DNA of 63,880 nucleotides, counting the filler, from Perkinsus chesapeaki ATCC PRA-425 (lineage: Eukaryota; Protista; Perkinsozoa), in NCBI GenBank assembly GCA_013115145.1. It is 7 parts of 7 records of this genome, joined end to end, with 100 filler letters (N's around TTAATTAATTAA, not from the genome) between each part and the next. Parts side by side here need not be neighbours in the genome. Positions count along the whole stretch, not along the records: positions 31,548 to 51,546 come from JAAPAO010000626.1; positions 51,647 to 61,333 come from JAAPAO010000928.1; 5 more parts are not named here. The stretch is one strand, 5' to 3'. The notes beneath the pieces were generated by a model. The model ran no database searches, was not told where the DNA came from, and saw only the letters and a list, made by a program, of their open reading frames with translations. This document shows, in pieces, positions 48,368 through 60,012 of the stretch. The position numbers were made by a program, and so were the translations under genes. Each line of letters starts with the position of its first letter. The first letter of the stretch is position 1.

Positions 48368-48988
48368 GAGTTCCCATCGGGAACTTCCCAGTACGGACTT
48401 CGCATTGACTGAAACTACGCACGTCGAGTTTTGTGACCGAGCATGTCTCGTAGCTGGGCTACAACCTGTAGCCTACAGCGAAGGCATCCATACCGCAATG
48501 GTTCTGCGATTCGCAGGTTGCGAAATGTCTGTCGACTAAGTGTAATCGCGGAATGCTAAAGAGCTTTCCATCGCATAGACTCCCGGCCCTGGCCAGATTC
48601 TCGCTGTGTGCGGAATCCCAAGTCTCGGGCTTTATCTCTTTGATGCCTCTATTTTATCAACATTGAAAAACAGTGTTGGATCGACCAGGAGCAAGACTAA
48701 AGATTCATTGGATAAGCAGTTGATTGTATCATGATCCATGGTTTATGGGTAATTCTGCTGGTAAAAATAGCACTTCCAAATATAACAGGAACTTCCTGTT
48801 GAAAAATGTCAACACTTCAAGTGTTGAAATTTTTCAACTCGGAAAACAACGTGTAAAAGCATTTGGCGTGTGTGTCATTATATAGTCCAACGCCGAAAAT
48901 GGCTAAGTTGGACTTAATTAGTAATCACCTGGCGATGAGGAAATAAGATTTTGGGGGCCTTCGATTCGAAGATGCTCGTCTCGCCGCG

Positions 48989-49026
48989 CATCTGCACGCG
49001 TGCGCATATGTGCATGCGTGCAGATG
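48989..49026. repeat. 19-bp inverted repeat with no loop and two G.T mismatches
   Basis: catctgcacgcgtgcgcat|atgtgcatgcgtgcagatg. Confidence 0.88.
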
Positions 49027-49388
49027 ATGTTGGGATAATTAATGAGAATGCTGCTACGAATATGTAATCAGTATTGGTTTATATACATGCTCTCGCTTAT
49101 ATACGTTGATGAAGATAATTCTGATCGCCTTTCTCCAAGATTCAAGAGCTTCTATTCAGCAACGAAATTGCAGAACTCAGCCGAGGGAGGTCGAAATATT
49201 TTGTAACGCAACCTCCTCACATTGCGAATCATTCTATCGGGCCGAACCAATTGGTCCATCCTATTTCACAAGAGGGGCCTAACTCGGCTGATTGGGCTGA
49301 GGATTTTTGCATAACCTTAAAATGCTCGTCCTGACCCAGAGAACCTTGTCCGTCCTGAGACCGAGACGGCACCTGAAATCCGGGGCTC

Positions 49389-51250
49389 ATGGAAATGACC
49401 CTTCCGGCGGCATCCTTCCTCCAGTGGAGGATCTATTGCGCCAGTAAATGTCACCAACTACAACAACAATACATTCTCCGTCCTACCAGACAGCGTCGCC
49501 GGCTTTGTCGGCCCGGACCAGCAGGATCAAGGGAATCCGAGATAGGCTTGTGCAGCTTCAACAAGAATACCACGATGGGGTCCTCGGCGGTGAGAGGCTC
49601 TCCATAATTGTTCCATTTATAAAGTGTTCAGGCGAAGACTCCTCAGACGGTATGAATGATACTTCCCTTAATGCTAGTGATGTTAGTATTCGACGTGGTG
49701 GACGGGGTACTAAGGTAGGTGAGAGGAGCCAGAGAGGCAGGATAACATATTTTCCCGCGTATTCTAGTTCGTTGCTCGACTTGGACGGTTTCACACGTTT
49801 CCCACCTTCCTCGAGTCCATCTTATCGTTGGTAATTGATTCTAAGTTGTTGCTAGGGTGAGATGTTCTAAAATTGTCCTTCATATCTCAGACCATACAGT
49901 TTCCCTGCATTTTAATCCTGTTGTTTGACATCATCGGCCTGCCTGCCCTAAGGTCTTCGCACTTACCTCTTTTCCTTCGGCCCAGTTAGGCCAGTAGAAA
50001 TCGGGCGAAGCGAGCCCACTACGAATCCACTCGAGTGAGGAGGAGTTTTCCACGTACAGTTGTAGCATCGATCCCAGGACCCGATAGTTAATATATACCA
50101 CTTGCATATTAATACATTCGGTGTTATTTCCGTACCACTTGTGTAGTCAAAGCGAGGGGCCCGGCTGGACCATATGGTCATTCGAGAGGCGTACCCATGT
50201 TTTCCCTGCCAACGCAATCCTCTTCTTTTTTCGCTTCTCGGGAGGTTTGTGATGGTATATAATTTTGTGCCTACACGTGATAGGGTTCAGCCTTCTCTAT
50301 GAGTAACTGAATTCCCATCTACACGCACCTATGCTGCTAGTTGTCTGGATGGTGAAGTGAGTAAGGAAACAGGGACTCTAAGTCCCTCATTCGTTAATAT
50401 AATATGAAGTTGTTAGACTGCCAAAAGGAAGCATGCAATACGTTCCTTCTGGGCCAATGCCTGATGCTCGTCTACGGCTCCTTGACAAGAAATACCGTAT
50501 TTTCAAATTCGATGTTGGTATATGAATTACTGTAGCCATTGAATCCTGCACGCTGTCGAGTCTGCGTCTGCGGTCCATCGATCTCTTCGATTCTATCTCG
50601 AGAGAAGGTCGCGCTTGTCCGAAAGGACCGAGAGAGGGTTGACGGCACTGGTAGGGAGGCGGAGCGAAGCAATATTTCTTTGTCATTATAGTGGCGCGAC
50701 AGCTGGCTGAATTAGAGGCACGAGCGGTTGACGGGGAGGGAAGATACGAGGCTGCCCTGGCCGACCTTACCAGGAGGATTCAGGAAGCTGAAGCGGAAGG
50801 TGAGGGAATCAGGGATCCATCTAGCCTTATGAAAATATGCTCCTTTGACATTGGTAAGTGTTCCTACAATAGGGGTTTTATAGTAGATATATTCCTAGGC
50901 CAACAGCTGCATCCCTCGGTTTGGGTCTCAAATTTGGTCTTCCTACTCCTAGGTGGAGGTCGGAAGATTTAAGGGAAACATTCCCGGCCGAAGTGAGTTT
51001 GAGAATAACGTTATCATCGAACGTCCACATCATCTTTAACCTCAAGAGCCCATTAAAACTTGTTATTCTTCGCCGGCTCTGGAATTCTTCGTGCATGATT
51101 AGGTAGCTCAGCTACTAGAGCGGAAGATATTCGTGAACGGCTTGATCGGTTAGTATCGGCCAATGCTACATTAAGGGCAGATTTGCAGGAGAGGGAGGCT
51201 AGGCTTGAGAAGGAGGAAGGGGATATCCAAAGGGAAATGGAACAAGTAGG
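49389..51250 (+). CDS. Multi-exon hypothetical coiled-coil protein (approximate)
   Basis: Exon-like segments RIKGIRDRLVQLQQEYHDG, RQLAELEARAVDGEGRYEAALADLTRRIQEAE and RAEDIRERLDRLVSANATLRADLQEREARLEKEEGDIQREMEQ|gt. Confidence 0.5.
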
Positions 51251-51347
51251 GAATTACTACTGTAGCAGAGACTCGGCCGAATTATGTTATGGGCTGGTGC
51301 TACCTTAAGGCTTTAGGCTAAAGCATGGAAAAATGTTAGTATTACTG

Positions 51348-51546
51348 GTGATACGGAGGAGGAGATATAATAGAAAGGAGTTTGATAGAAAATATGTTCT
51401 AGTGATACGGAGGAGGAGGAGATATAATAGAAAGGAGTTTGATAGGAAATATGTTACTAGTGATACGGATGGGGGAGATATAATAGAAAGGAGTTTGATA
51501 GGAAATATGTTACTAGTGATACGGAGGAGGAGATATAATAGAAAGG
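51348..51546. repeat. ~55-bp purine-rich minisatellite, at least 3.5 copies, truncated by gap
   Basis: Units starting gtgatacgga... at 51348, 51402, 51460 and 51516, with core gatataatagaaaggagtttgata. Confidence 0.92.
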
Positions 51547-52401
51547 NNNNNNNNNNNNNNNNNNNNNNNNNNNNNNNNNNNNNNNNNNNNTTAATTAATT
51601 AANNNNNNNNNNNNNNNNNNNNNNNNNNNNNNNNNNNNNNNNNNNNTTGTTGTACTGTATTTATGGCAACGCTTGTCCGTCTAACTGATCTGAGTTAAAA
51701 TGGGTAAAAAGACGGCACATAGACGTGCAGTTTCTCTTGGCTCAAGGTTTAATCTTCCCAGTGATAACTCAAGGGCGTCAGGTGCTTCGGAGTTACTCAT
51801 TAGGAAATGAAAGTGATACTAGCTACAATAAGGAGTATCGAACAGACAGAACCAATGATCTTGGAGTGTTTCCGCTGCGGTAGCACGCGTGGACTAAGCC
51901 TTTCCGCTGTGCGCACACGTGCTAGGCGCGCGCGATCAATCGCAATATCAAGAATAGATCGGCTCCATGAAAGTAGCCCTTCCAGAGCCTGCCGGGCTCA
52001 GGGCGTAGACCGCAGACGAAGGAATGTGCATGCGTTCCAAAAGTGGGCGAGCGACGACAAAAGTGGTAATCGTGAAACGCTTCGCTCCGCTGTCACGTTA
52101 GCCGCTTTGACGAGTTGCCGCTGAAGGAAAGGTAGGTTTTGTCCTTTTATTTTTCCTGTCCACAGGGAACCTGTTCTGCCTTGAACTTCGGTCACTTGTA
52201 TTGTCTCAGAGGAATGAATTGCTAGCACTTTTGAAGATATAAATTGTAGGGGCCGCAGGCTTTGGAATGGTTCTATTGCGGAATGGAGAGCAGTGAGGCT
52301 ACACTTGGGCTGGGACTACCCTAGGACTGAACTCTCGCGGAGGTTCGAATCTGGGTAGATGCATTTGTCCAGTTGCCTTTCTTGATCCTCTCCCTGCTGG
52401 T

Positions 52402-55400
52402 ATGGCTGAGTTTGCGAAGGAGGCCGGTGGAGAGATCTTCTCGTACAATCGAGAAAACTGGAAGTTCAATAATGAACTGCGGCAGAAGAATCTTTATCAG
52501 CAGCAGAAGATGCGTGTTAGACAGGTTGACCTCTATCGAGAGGATCTTCATGATCTCTTCGGCCTTACGATTGGCAAAATGGACAACTACGCGGTGAGGA
52601 ATCTCGATTTTCTTCATTGCTGCTGGGTGGTTGACATTAAATTCAGGCTGTGAGTACCATCTTGCTGGTATGGTGCATTGAAATGTTCTATAAAGGCCGT
52701 ATACCCTCGCCAACACAGAACTTCCTGTTCTGGGCGTATGCGATATCACTTGGTAGTACGGGGAAGGGATGGAACCTGGGTCGGGCGGCGGTTAAACGTG
52801 AATCTTAACTATTAGGCTGCGGTGTCAGGCACGTCTATTGTATTTCTACTGTTCTCACTCTGGTTTGCTCTGCATGCCTCTGTGAATGCCCAAGTGTTCT
52901 CCGTTCGTGCCCTCACTCAATGGTTGAGGCTTCCCGTTCCCAGCGCCCAAGAAATCGCCGACGCCGCTTCAAGGCTTAAGGATTATGAAGGTAAGGATGT
53001 CGTGAGTTCGAACCTATCACCTGTCATTTCCTGCAATTCTCTCAGCTAGTGGAGTGGTATCTATGCTCCGTGTTCCTATTGTATTCGAGCAAGCCAGGAA
53101 ATATGGGCATGACCTGCCAAAAGATCTTCGTACTCAACCTTCGAGCCTGGCGAATAAGAATCGTCCCAATAGAGTAGGTGGCCGTAAAGGGATGCTGAGG
53201 TTATACGACGTTCAGGGCGTTGCTGACCTTACTACCGATTGGGAGGTATTCTTGGCACACTTCAACCTGTTCAATATGATGCATAAGAAATGGCAGTGCC
53301 ACGAGGCCTTCGCCCGTGTCTGTATGTGCTGGGGTACGATCCTTTTCTAGAGTCCAGAGTAACGGTGGCTGTAGGTACCAACCAGCTCTTAACAGCTATG
53401 TCATACTTCTCGTTCGCCTATTATGGAGTGTTCTTCAATAACCCGTGGGCTTCCTACGCCTATGCGATCTGTTGCTTCACTGCCGCTCTTATCCACATGA
53501 GAATCAACGCTTTGCTCACGCCCAGGGAGAACCTGCTGATGGTAAAAGGGATGCTCCAATCTGCCCAATTAGCTCTCACCAAATCTCAGATATTCCTGTT
53601 GTTCGTACCGCTAGCCCTACAGGCTATCGATACCGCTCTCTACATTAACGCGGTTCAAAAGGAGGATACCTATGCCATCGTAGCGTTCGGTGGCGCCATC
53701 ACCGGCCTTGTGGCTGTCATCTTCGGAGCGGCCTGGCAGGTCTTCTTCATGTAATAATCACTGGGTGTCCTCCGGTCATTCGCCTCCTCCCTCCCGCAGC
53801 TATCTGTGCAAGCCGGACAGTAAGGGTCTGCCAGTGAAGTTCTCGACTGTATGGTGCATTGATGTGATGGGCTTTGGTGTTGAGACTATGGAAGAGGTAG
53901 CTGAGCCGTTGGCACAGCCTAAGCACATGCAGAAGGGGTAGGTCTTCACCATGGGAGAGTGGCTTAGATCTTTGGGGAGGAAATGTTGCTGCGCCGGAGG
54001 ATACTGTGAAACTCGCGACTCACGAATTAAAACGATTCCTTGGGAAATTTCAGAGCCGATGCTCGCAGCGTTCATACTGGAGATTGCTTCGGGGCTTAGT
54101 AAAGGAGGCGTTCAGCGGGAACGCACCTATCGCTTATAGGGGCTCTCGAGCTGGCTTACTAATGTTGTCAGGCACTTGAATCTACCAAGTTTTCCTGACG
54201 ATGGCCCGTTGAATACCTACGGTCCCGCCAGCGACAAGATCAAGTTCAAGGACCCGAAGAGGGGGTATAATCCTGACATCTCTGAGGAGCTTAGGAAGCA
54301 GTGCAAGGCGACGGAGCGAAGCTTAGGAAGGTTATTCAGGCATTGGGAGACGGAGAAGAGTCAACTTAATGATGGGGTAGGGAATCGGAGGGAATCCTGT
54401 TGGGCTAGCCTGATGTTATGTAGGAGCTGCGGGAGCTAGATGAGCTGAAGGATGAGTTCACCACCCAGAGGAAGGCTCTCGCTGAGGCAGTCCGTGCCGA
54501 GCAGGGCCGCGGAGATTGCACACCTGGCACGCCCTTCCAACCGAGGGAGGGATGGATTAGGCTGGAGTATGTTGATGAGGACGGCAAGACTATGCCCTAT
54601 CATCTCAATTGCGATACTGGAGAGATACAGTGGGAGATGCCAGATGAGGCTCTACAGGTTATACTGTCGGTGGTGGGAGTATCACGTTCGTGATGGTTTG
54701 GTGTTCAGAGCCGTGCTCGTGGATTGTCGTTGATCCCTGAGGAGTTGGATGCTTACGAGGAGAAGGTGAAGGCCTATAAGGAGGTCCAGAAGACCAAGGG
54801 CTTCCATCTTCTAGAGGATAACAGGTTCAACGAAGCCCGCTCGAGGATGCCTCTCAGGGTAGTTTGGGCTCTCCCGTGGCACGGTGAAGTCATTGCTTTC
54901 TCAGATGACCAACTTTGGCAGTCTCGTGTCCCTCCTTTGCTGGTGTGCTGCCATTGTGGATACCGCTCTCGAGGTGGCAAAGATAGACACCACTGGAGAT
55001 CGTAACGCCGCTGTGATGGAGGGTATTAACCGTCATCTGTTGAGCTCTCCTGTGAGCTATGGCACGCCGGCCCTGCTCGAGGGCGCTGCCTTCTACTCGC
55101 CAACTAGCATCGCCTGCAGCGCTACCAGCGAGGTGTACACTGCGGACCTGTTGGGCTCAAGGCTACTTAGCTCTACGATCACAAGAAAGTGTGGTATCAG
55201 CGATGCTGTTATTGACGACGCCATGGTACTCGACAATGACGAGTTGGCCGTGCTTAGCGGCGGCAAGGTTCGCCAGTGTTCCACTGGCGAGGAGGTTCCC
55301 GTGGCTCAGAGCGCTCCCCAGGCCAGACTAGTGGCACAGTCGGCCATGGGAAGCTGGGTGGCCATCTCTAGAAAGGACGGGCAGATCTACTTCACCAACG

Positions 55401-55702
55401 GCGGCAACACTACACAGTGGTACGCTGGCGCTGCTAAGTACCCGAGTGCTGTATCGGTCCACACCTCTGGCGAGAACGCATATGTCCTGCTACCTGATTC
55501 CGAAATAGATGTGTGGTCGATGGTCTCGGGCAGGTTCCTTGGTCGAGCTGAAATCCCCGGGACGGAGGGTGCTGATATAGAGTGGGTGTCTGCTTGCGAT
55601 GGTTCCTTGCTTGGCTATGATAAGCACACACGAGAGGCAGTGATCGCCCGAGACTTCTCCGTGGATCCCTATCTGTTACGTGGTGCTGTTGAGACTGCAT
55701 GA
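52402..55702 (+). CDS. Multi-TM membrane protein A: Orai-like N-terminal helices, cytoplasmic WW domain, C-terminal extracellular/luminal domain
   Basis: Exon 1 52402-52593, exon 2 from 52647: YNRENW...QVDLYREDLHDLFGLTIGKMDNYA|AVSTILLVWCIEMFYKG...FWAYAISL|GTSIVFLLFSLWFALHAS. Later AFARVCMCW|GTNQL. WW-like EGWIRLEYVDEDGKTMPYHLNCDTGEIQWEMP at ~54547-54642. Colinear with paralog B. Confidence 0.8.
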
Positions 55703-55965
55703 TGATGATGATGATGATGTTCAGTAGACTGTATGGGTGATTCACTTCCTCCTCCCATTGTTCCATTACTACGTTAACATCGTTAATAGAATGTTCCCCT
55801 GCTGCTCTGGTCGCATTAGATGCGACCCTCAGTGGGGCCGTTGTTCTGTCCGATTCCCCGTGTGCTGATCCCTTTCCCCTCCCCAGAGCCTTGCGTTGGC
55901 CAAAGGGGAGTTGTTTTCCTGTTAGATTGCTCTGTTGTGCTGCTGCCCTTGCTATTAGGTGAAGA

Positions 55966-58754
55966 ATGGTTTTCGTAGAAGTTGCAGCCGTATTGGGCGG
56001 CATCGGCGAACTGTTCATGTATAATAGGGAGACCTATCAGTACAACAGAGAGCTCAATCAGGAACGTATCTTTCAGTTGCAGAAATTGCGGGTTAACCAG
56101 GTAAGATATCTTCGTGAAAGATACGCTAGAACTGCAGCCATGTAAGGTTCAACTTTATCGAGAGGATCTTCGGGATCTGTTCGAGCTCACCATCGGCAAG
56201 ATGGACAACTACCTCGTTATCAATACCCTTACTCTTGGTTTCGTTATGGGCTTCTATTACGAAGCCAAAACGTAAGCTCGGATGATAATACCATATTTCC
56301 GTCAAATCATGGCTCGTTTAGGCCGGAGGAGGGTACACCTTCTTGGCTCATCTTCCTTTGGGCCCTCAATCTCGCCAGTGCTGTCTTCTTCCTCGTCATG
56401 TCTATCTGGTTCTCCATTCACGCCTCGATCACAGCTCAGGTAGGTTCCAACCGAACCCTCTGGTCTATGTTACCCAATGTCTTGGTCAGACCTTCGCCGT
56501 ACGTCTATTAACCCAGTGGATGCGTCTGCCTGTTCCCGGCCAGGAGGAGATCAACGCCGCTTGCGCCGATCTTAGAAACTATGAACGCAAAGGTGTCGAT
56601 ACCATGTTTAGAATCCCTATAGTGTCAAAGTAAGATAATGTGTGGTAGAAGCCCCATTGATGCCCATGTTGTCAGCTACATGCCTGTGAAGGGCCCCCGG
56701 GCTAAGGAAGATAAGGAGCTTCGAGAAGCGCCTCCTAAGATCCTACAAAGCAACGAGGCCACAGAGTAGGACCACGTTATGGCTATCGGCTGTTGGACTT
56801 GTGCGTTTAGGGACCTCGGTACAGACTACAACATCTTCGTTGAGCACTTCTATCTCTTTAACCGTCTGAAGGAGCATTGGCAAGGGTTCGATGCGTATGC
56901 GAGGGTCTTCATGGTCCTGGGTACGAACCAGCTAGTGAATGTCCTTTGGTAAGTCATCACCGACTGTTCTTCGAGCATAGAGTAATGAGTGAGTAAGGAG
57001 TAAGGTAACAAGGTACTTACTCTCTATGAGTAAGGACCGGTAATCGACGCCGCAGACGTTTTAGAAAAGTGATATTCTACCGACAGTTCCACCGAAAAAT
57101 TCTATAAGGTATGGTTTGGCTTTTCCATCCTCCGGTTCGAATCGAGCGCTTAGGCTAGTCGCCTCTGGCAGGAATAATATTGTATTTACGTCAGTTACAT
57201 GGGCCTTATGTTCTACTTCATATCCTACAATTTCTGGGGCCCTTGGATCTTCATATTGCTCATGCTTACCTTCGACATCATCCACGAGCGTATGAACCTC
57301 CTCCTCACCCCGGCGGAGCACTGGACCCTCACCGTATTGCAAGTTGCGGGTAGGCAACCTAGCGCTTCACAGGTCTTCGGAAATCCCAGGCAGGTCCGAT
57401 TCTGGCCGGCTTCGCTGCCACGTTTGATATAACTTATCGTATTCGTATGGAGCGAGGCGTGCCGGGGGACCACGAGGGCTGGATCGAGACGGTGGACATC
57501 CTGACGCCCATCATCTACTTCCTGCATTTCCTCTTTATTGGCTACTTCATCAGTCTCGGTAGGTCCGCTTGTTGGCGGCGCTTTGCTGGAAGGTGAGTTT
57601 CAGGTCTGGAGCCCGACGGAGAGCTACCCACCAAGTTCGCAATGATAATGTCGATCGATGTCCTCGGTCTGGATGAGGAGCAGCAGCATAGGAAGATGCG
57701 ACACATGGCCACCGTGACCAAGCAGGAGGCCCCAGTCTCCGAGCTCATTCCACAGGTCAGTCTCTGGCCCTTTTAGCGTTCACCAGTGCTCCTTCAGACC
57801 GGCTCGGTGAAGGTAGCACAGGCGATCCACAAGAAGAAAACGCAGGAGCTGAGTGGGCATCTGAGCTCCATTCCGGAGGAATCACAGTCTTCCTCGTCAT
57901 CATCGACCATAGCTCCCAACGGGCCTTCAGCCACCGATGGCCAGGCCAGACGAATTGGCCGGGGCATCACTCGGGAGGCCGACGCCTTGGCCATGGGCAG
58001 GGCTCTGCAGGCAGAAGAGAAACCTAGCCTGACGAAGACCTTCCGGGAGAACTCCGCCAAGGCGAAGATCCTGCCCTGGAGGATCTACAAGGCCGGCGGG
58101 GCAGTAGTGGCGATCCTCTGGCTCTTCGGTGTTGGTTACACCTGTGCCATCGCTGCTGGTGCCACCAGTTGGGGCTGGAACAACAAGGCCGGTCTTGTGG
58201 AAGAAGGCGGCGAGGAGGAGGGCCGACGCCTACAGGAAGCCTGTGCCCCCGCGTTCGAGGCCCAACGACTGAATCTCCTGGAGCCTGGACCGTTCTTCTA
58301 TCCCACTGCAGCGGATGTGGTAGACTCGAGTTTGGTACTGGCGGACGAGTTCGATAACAAGTGGTCGTTCCCTGCGATCGGTGGCAAGCTGTATTCGGAG
58401 CCGGTGGAGACCAGCGCTGGTAGCGTGAGCTATTCTGTGCAAACTGGAAACGTTTATCGTAACGTAAATGGCGTAAGAATGGCCCAGCTGCATGTCCCGT
58501 ATGGCTTGGTCGCCGGCAAGCCGGTAGGTGCTTGCGGCAGTTCCGACGGGGCTGCAACGGTTGTGACCGATCGAGGAGAGTACCTTACTTGGACGAGCCG
58601 TGGTATTTTCTCGGGAGCTGCCAACTTCACTGGATCCATATCGAATGGCAATCTCGACATCAAAGACTGTGCCTATCGAGATAGCGCCCTGCTAGTGCTG
58701 GGCAACGACGGTAGCACCGGGGAGGCTCAGGTGTGGCTGGCCAGTCGGGGCTGA
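55966..58754 (+). CDS. Multi-TM membrane protein B, tandem paralog of A; Orai-like TM1-TM3
   Basis: Exons 55966-56100, 56147-56271, 56322-56439, etc.: LYREDLRDLFELTIGKMDNYLVINTLTLGFVMGFYYEAK|TPEEGTPSWLIFLWALNLASAVFFLVMSIWFSIHAS; DAYARVFMVLGTNQL; last TM LPWRIYKAGGAVVAILWLFG, then a beta-rich C-terminal domain. Confidence 0.8.
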
Positions 58755-58953
58755 TCTCGGCCAATGCTGTTTGCGAGCTGCCTTTACGAGGATGATGCTC
58801 GGCTCTTCTTCTTCGATTGCCTGTAACGTACTGGTGCTGTATCATTACTATCAGTGGCCTATTCATCGTTATTTCTGCAGTCGGTTTTGACGGTATGCAA
58901 TAAGCGTTGAGTTATTCACAGTAGTGCTGGCGGACCCAGTAGGGACCTTATTG

Positions 58954-59731
58954 ATGCCGTCATCGCCGTCTGGGGGCCATGCAGAGGCGCTTACTGCGGA
59001 GGAGGCTGCAGAGCTCCAGGTGATATTGAGGGGGTGATGGCCGAGAACTGCGAATCAATAGGGAACACGTGCGGTATGGAGGAGGCTAGGGAGTGGTGTA
59101 CGTAAAATCAAACACTGTACTATCCATCGATCGATTTCTCCATTGAATTTTTTAAAAATACTATACGAAGGCCGGGGACAGCGGCGTCCGAGTAGAGGGT
59201 GCCAACAGCTACTCTAGTGTTGTTTCGGTCTCAAATAATAATAAAATGCCTCACCATGGGCTCCTCTTCATTAGACTATCCTGAATCCAAGTCCCTTGCC
59301 ATCGGCTAAGTCAGACGGTCGGTCACTTCTCATCTCAGGCAAAACTCCGCGATGCTGGCAAGAACTGCAAAGTCTTCCAGCAGAAGGTCGACGCTCTGTT
59401 TGAGTCTGTGGTGAACTATCGAAAGCGTCGTGACATCGCCATGGAGAATGTCGGTATAAAAAAGACGGAGCTTGCTCGGACTGAGGAGGCCATCATGCGA
59501 CTCGAGCGGCAGATTAGAGCGTTGGAAAGCGATAAAGCGCATCGCGAGAAGCTGGCCGCAAATCTGGATGCCCAGCTTGGCCTGGTTAACGGTCATTTTC
59601 GGCATCTCATAGGGGGCATGAGGGAATCGACGAGGAAGGCCACCGGTGGGCTCAAGGCGGCCACTTCGCGGTTCACTAGCGCTACGTTGGCGTCCGAGAG
59701 AGGCTACGATTGTGGTGTAGGGTCGACGTAA
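58954..59731 (+). CDS. SSNA1/DIP13-like coiled-coil protein, multi-exon
   Basis: FQQKVDALFESVVNYRKRRDIAMENVGIKKTELARTEEAIMRLERQIRALE...NLDAQL keeps the register of DIP13 LQNHNNELVKCIEDLREKREE...EKAK...L.KRL...YD. Confidence 0.5.
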
Positions 59732-60012
59732 GACGGGGCGGCCGAGGGATTACGCAGAGGCGGCGGAGGCGGGCTCGATCAGGTACACATTGCAGCGCAA
59801 CGCTGACGGCAGCAAGTCGGCAACTAACCTTTTGGAATTCAATAAAGGGCGCTCTTTCAATAGATGAGGTTGACATTGTGTATCATGCTGAATCATCACG
59901 TTGTCCCGATATAACTGTTGAGGGTTGAGGGGAAGGTCCGCAGTATTACCTTGTTCAGTTGTTTGTCAGCTTATTCATGAGCTCGCCACCGTCGCCTCGA
60001 GAGGGCTGGTCT

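Noticed and set aside
55701-55719. (GAT)n and (CTA/CAA)n microsatellites (also ~32450-32476)
   Set aside because: Ordinary short simple repeats.
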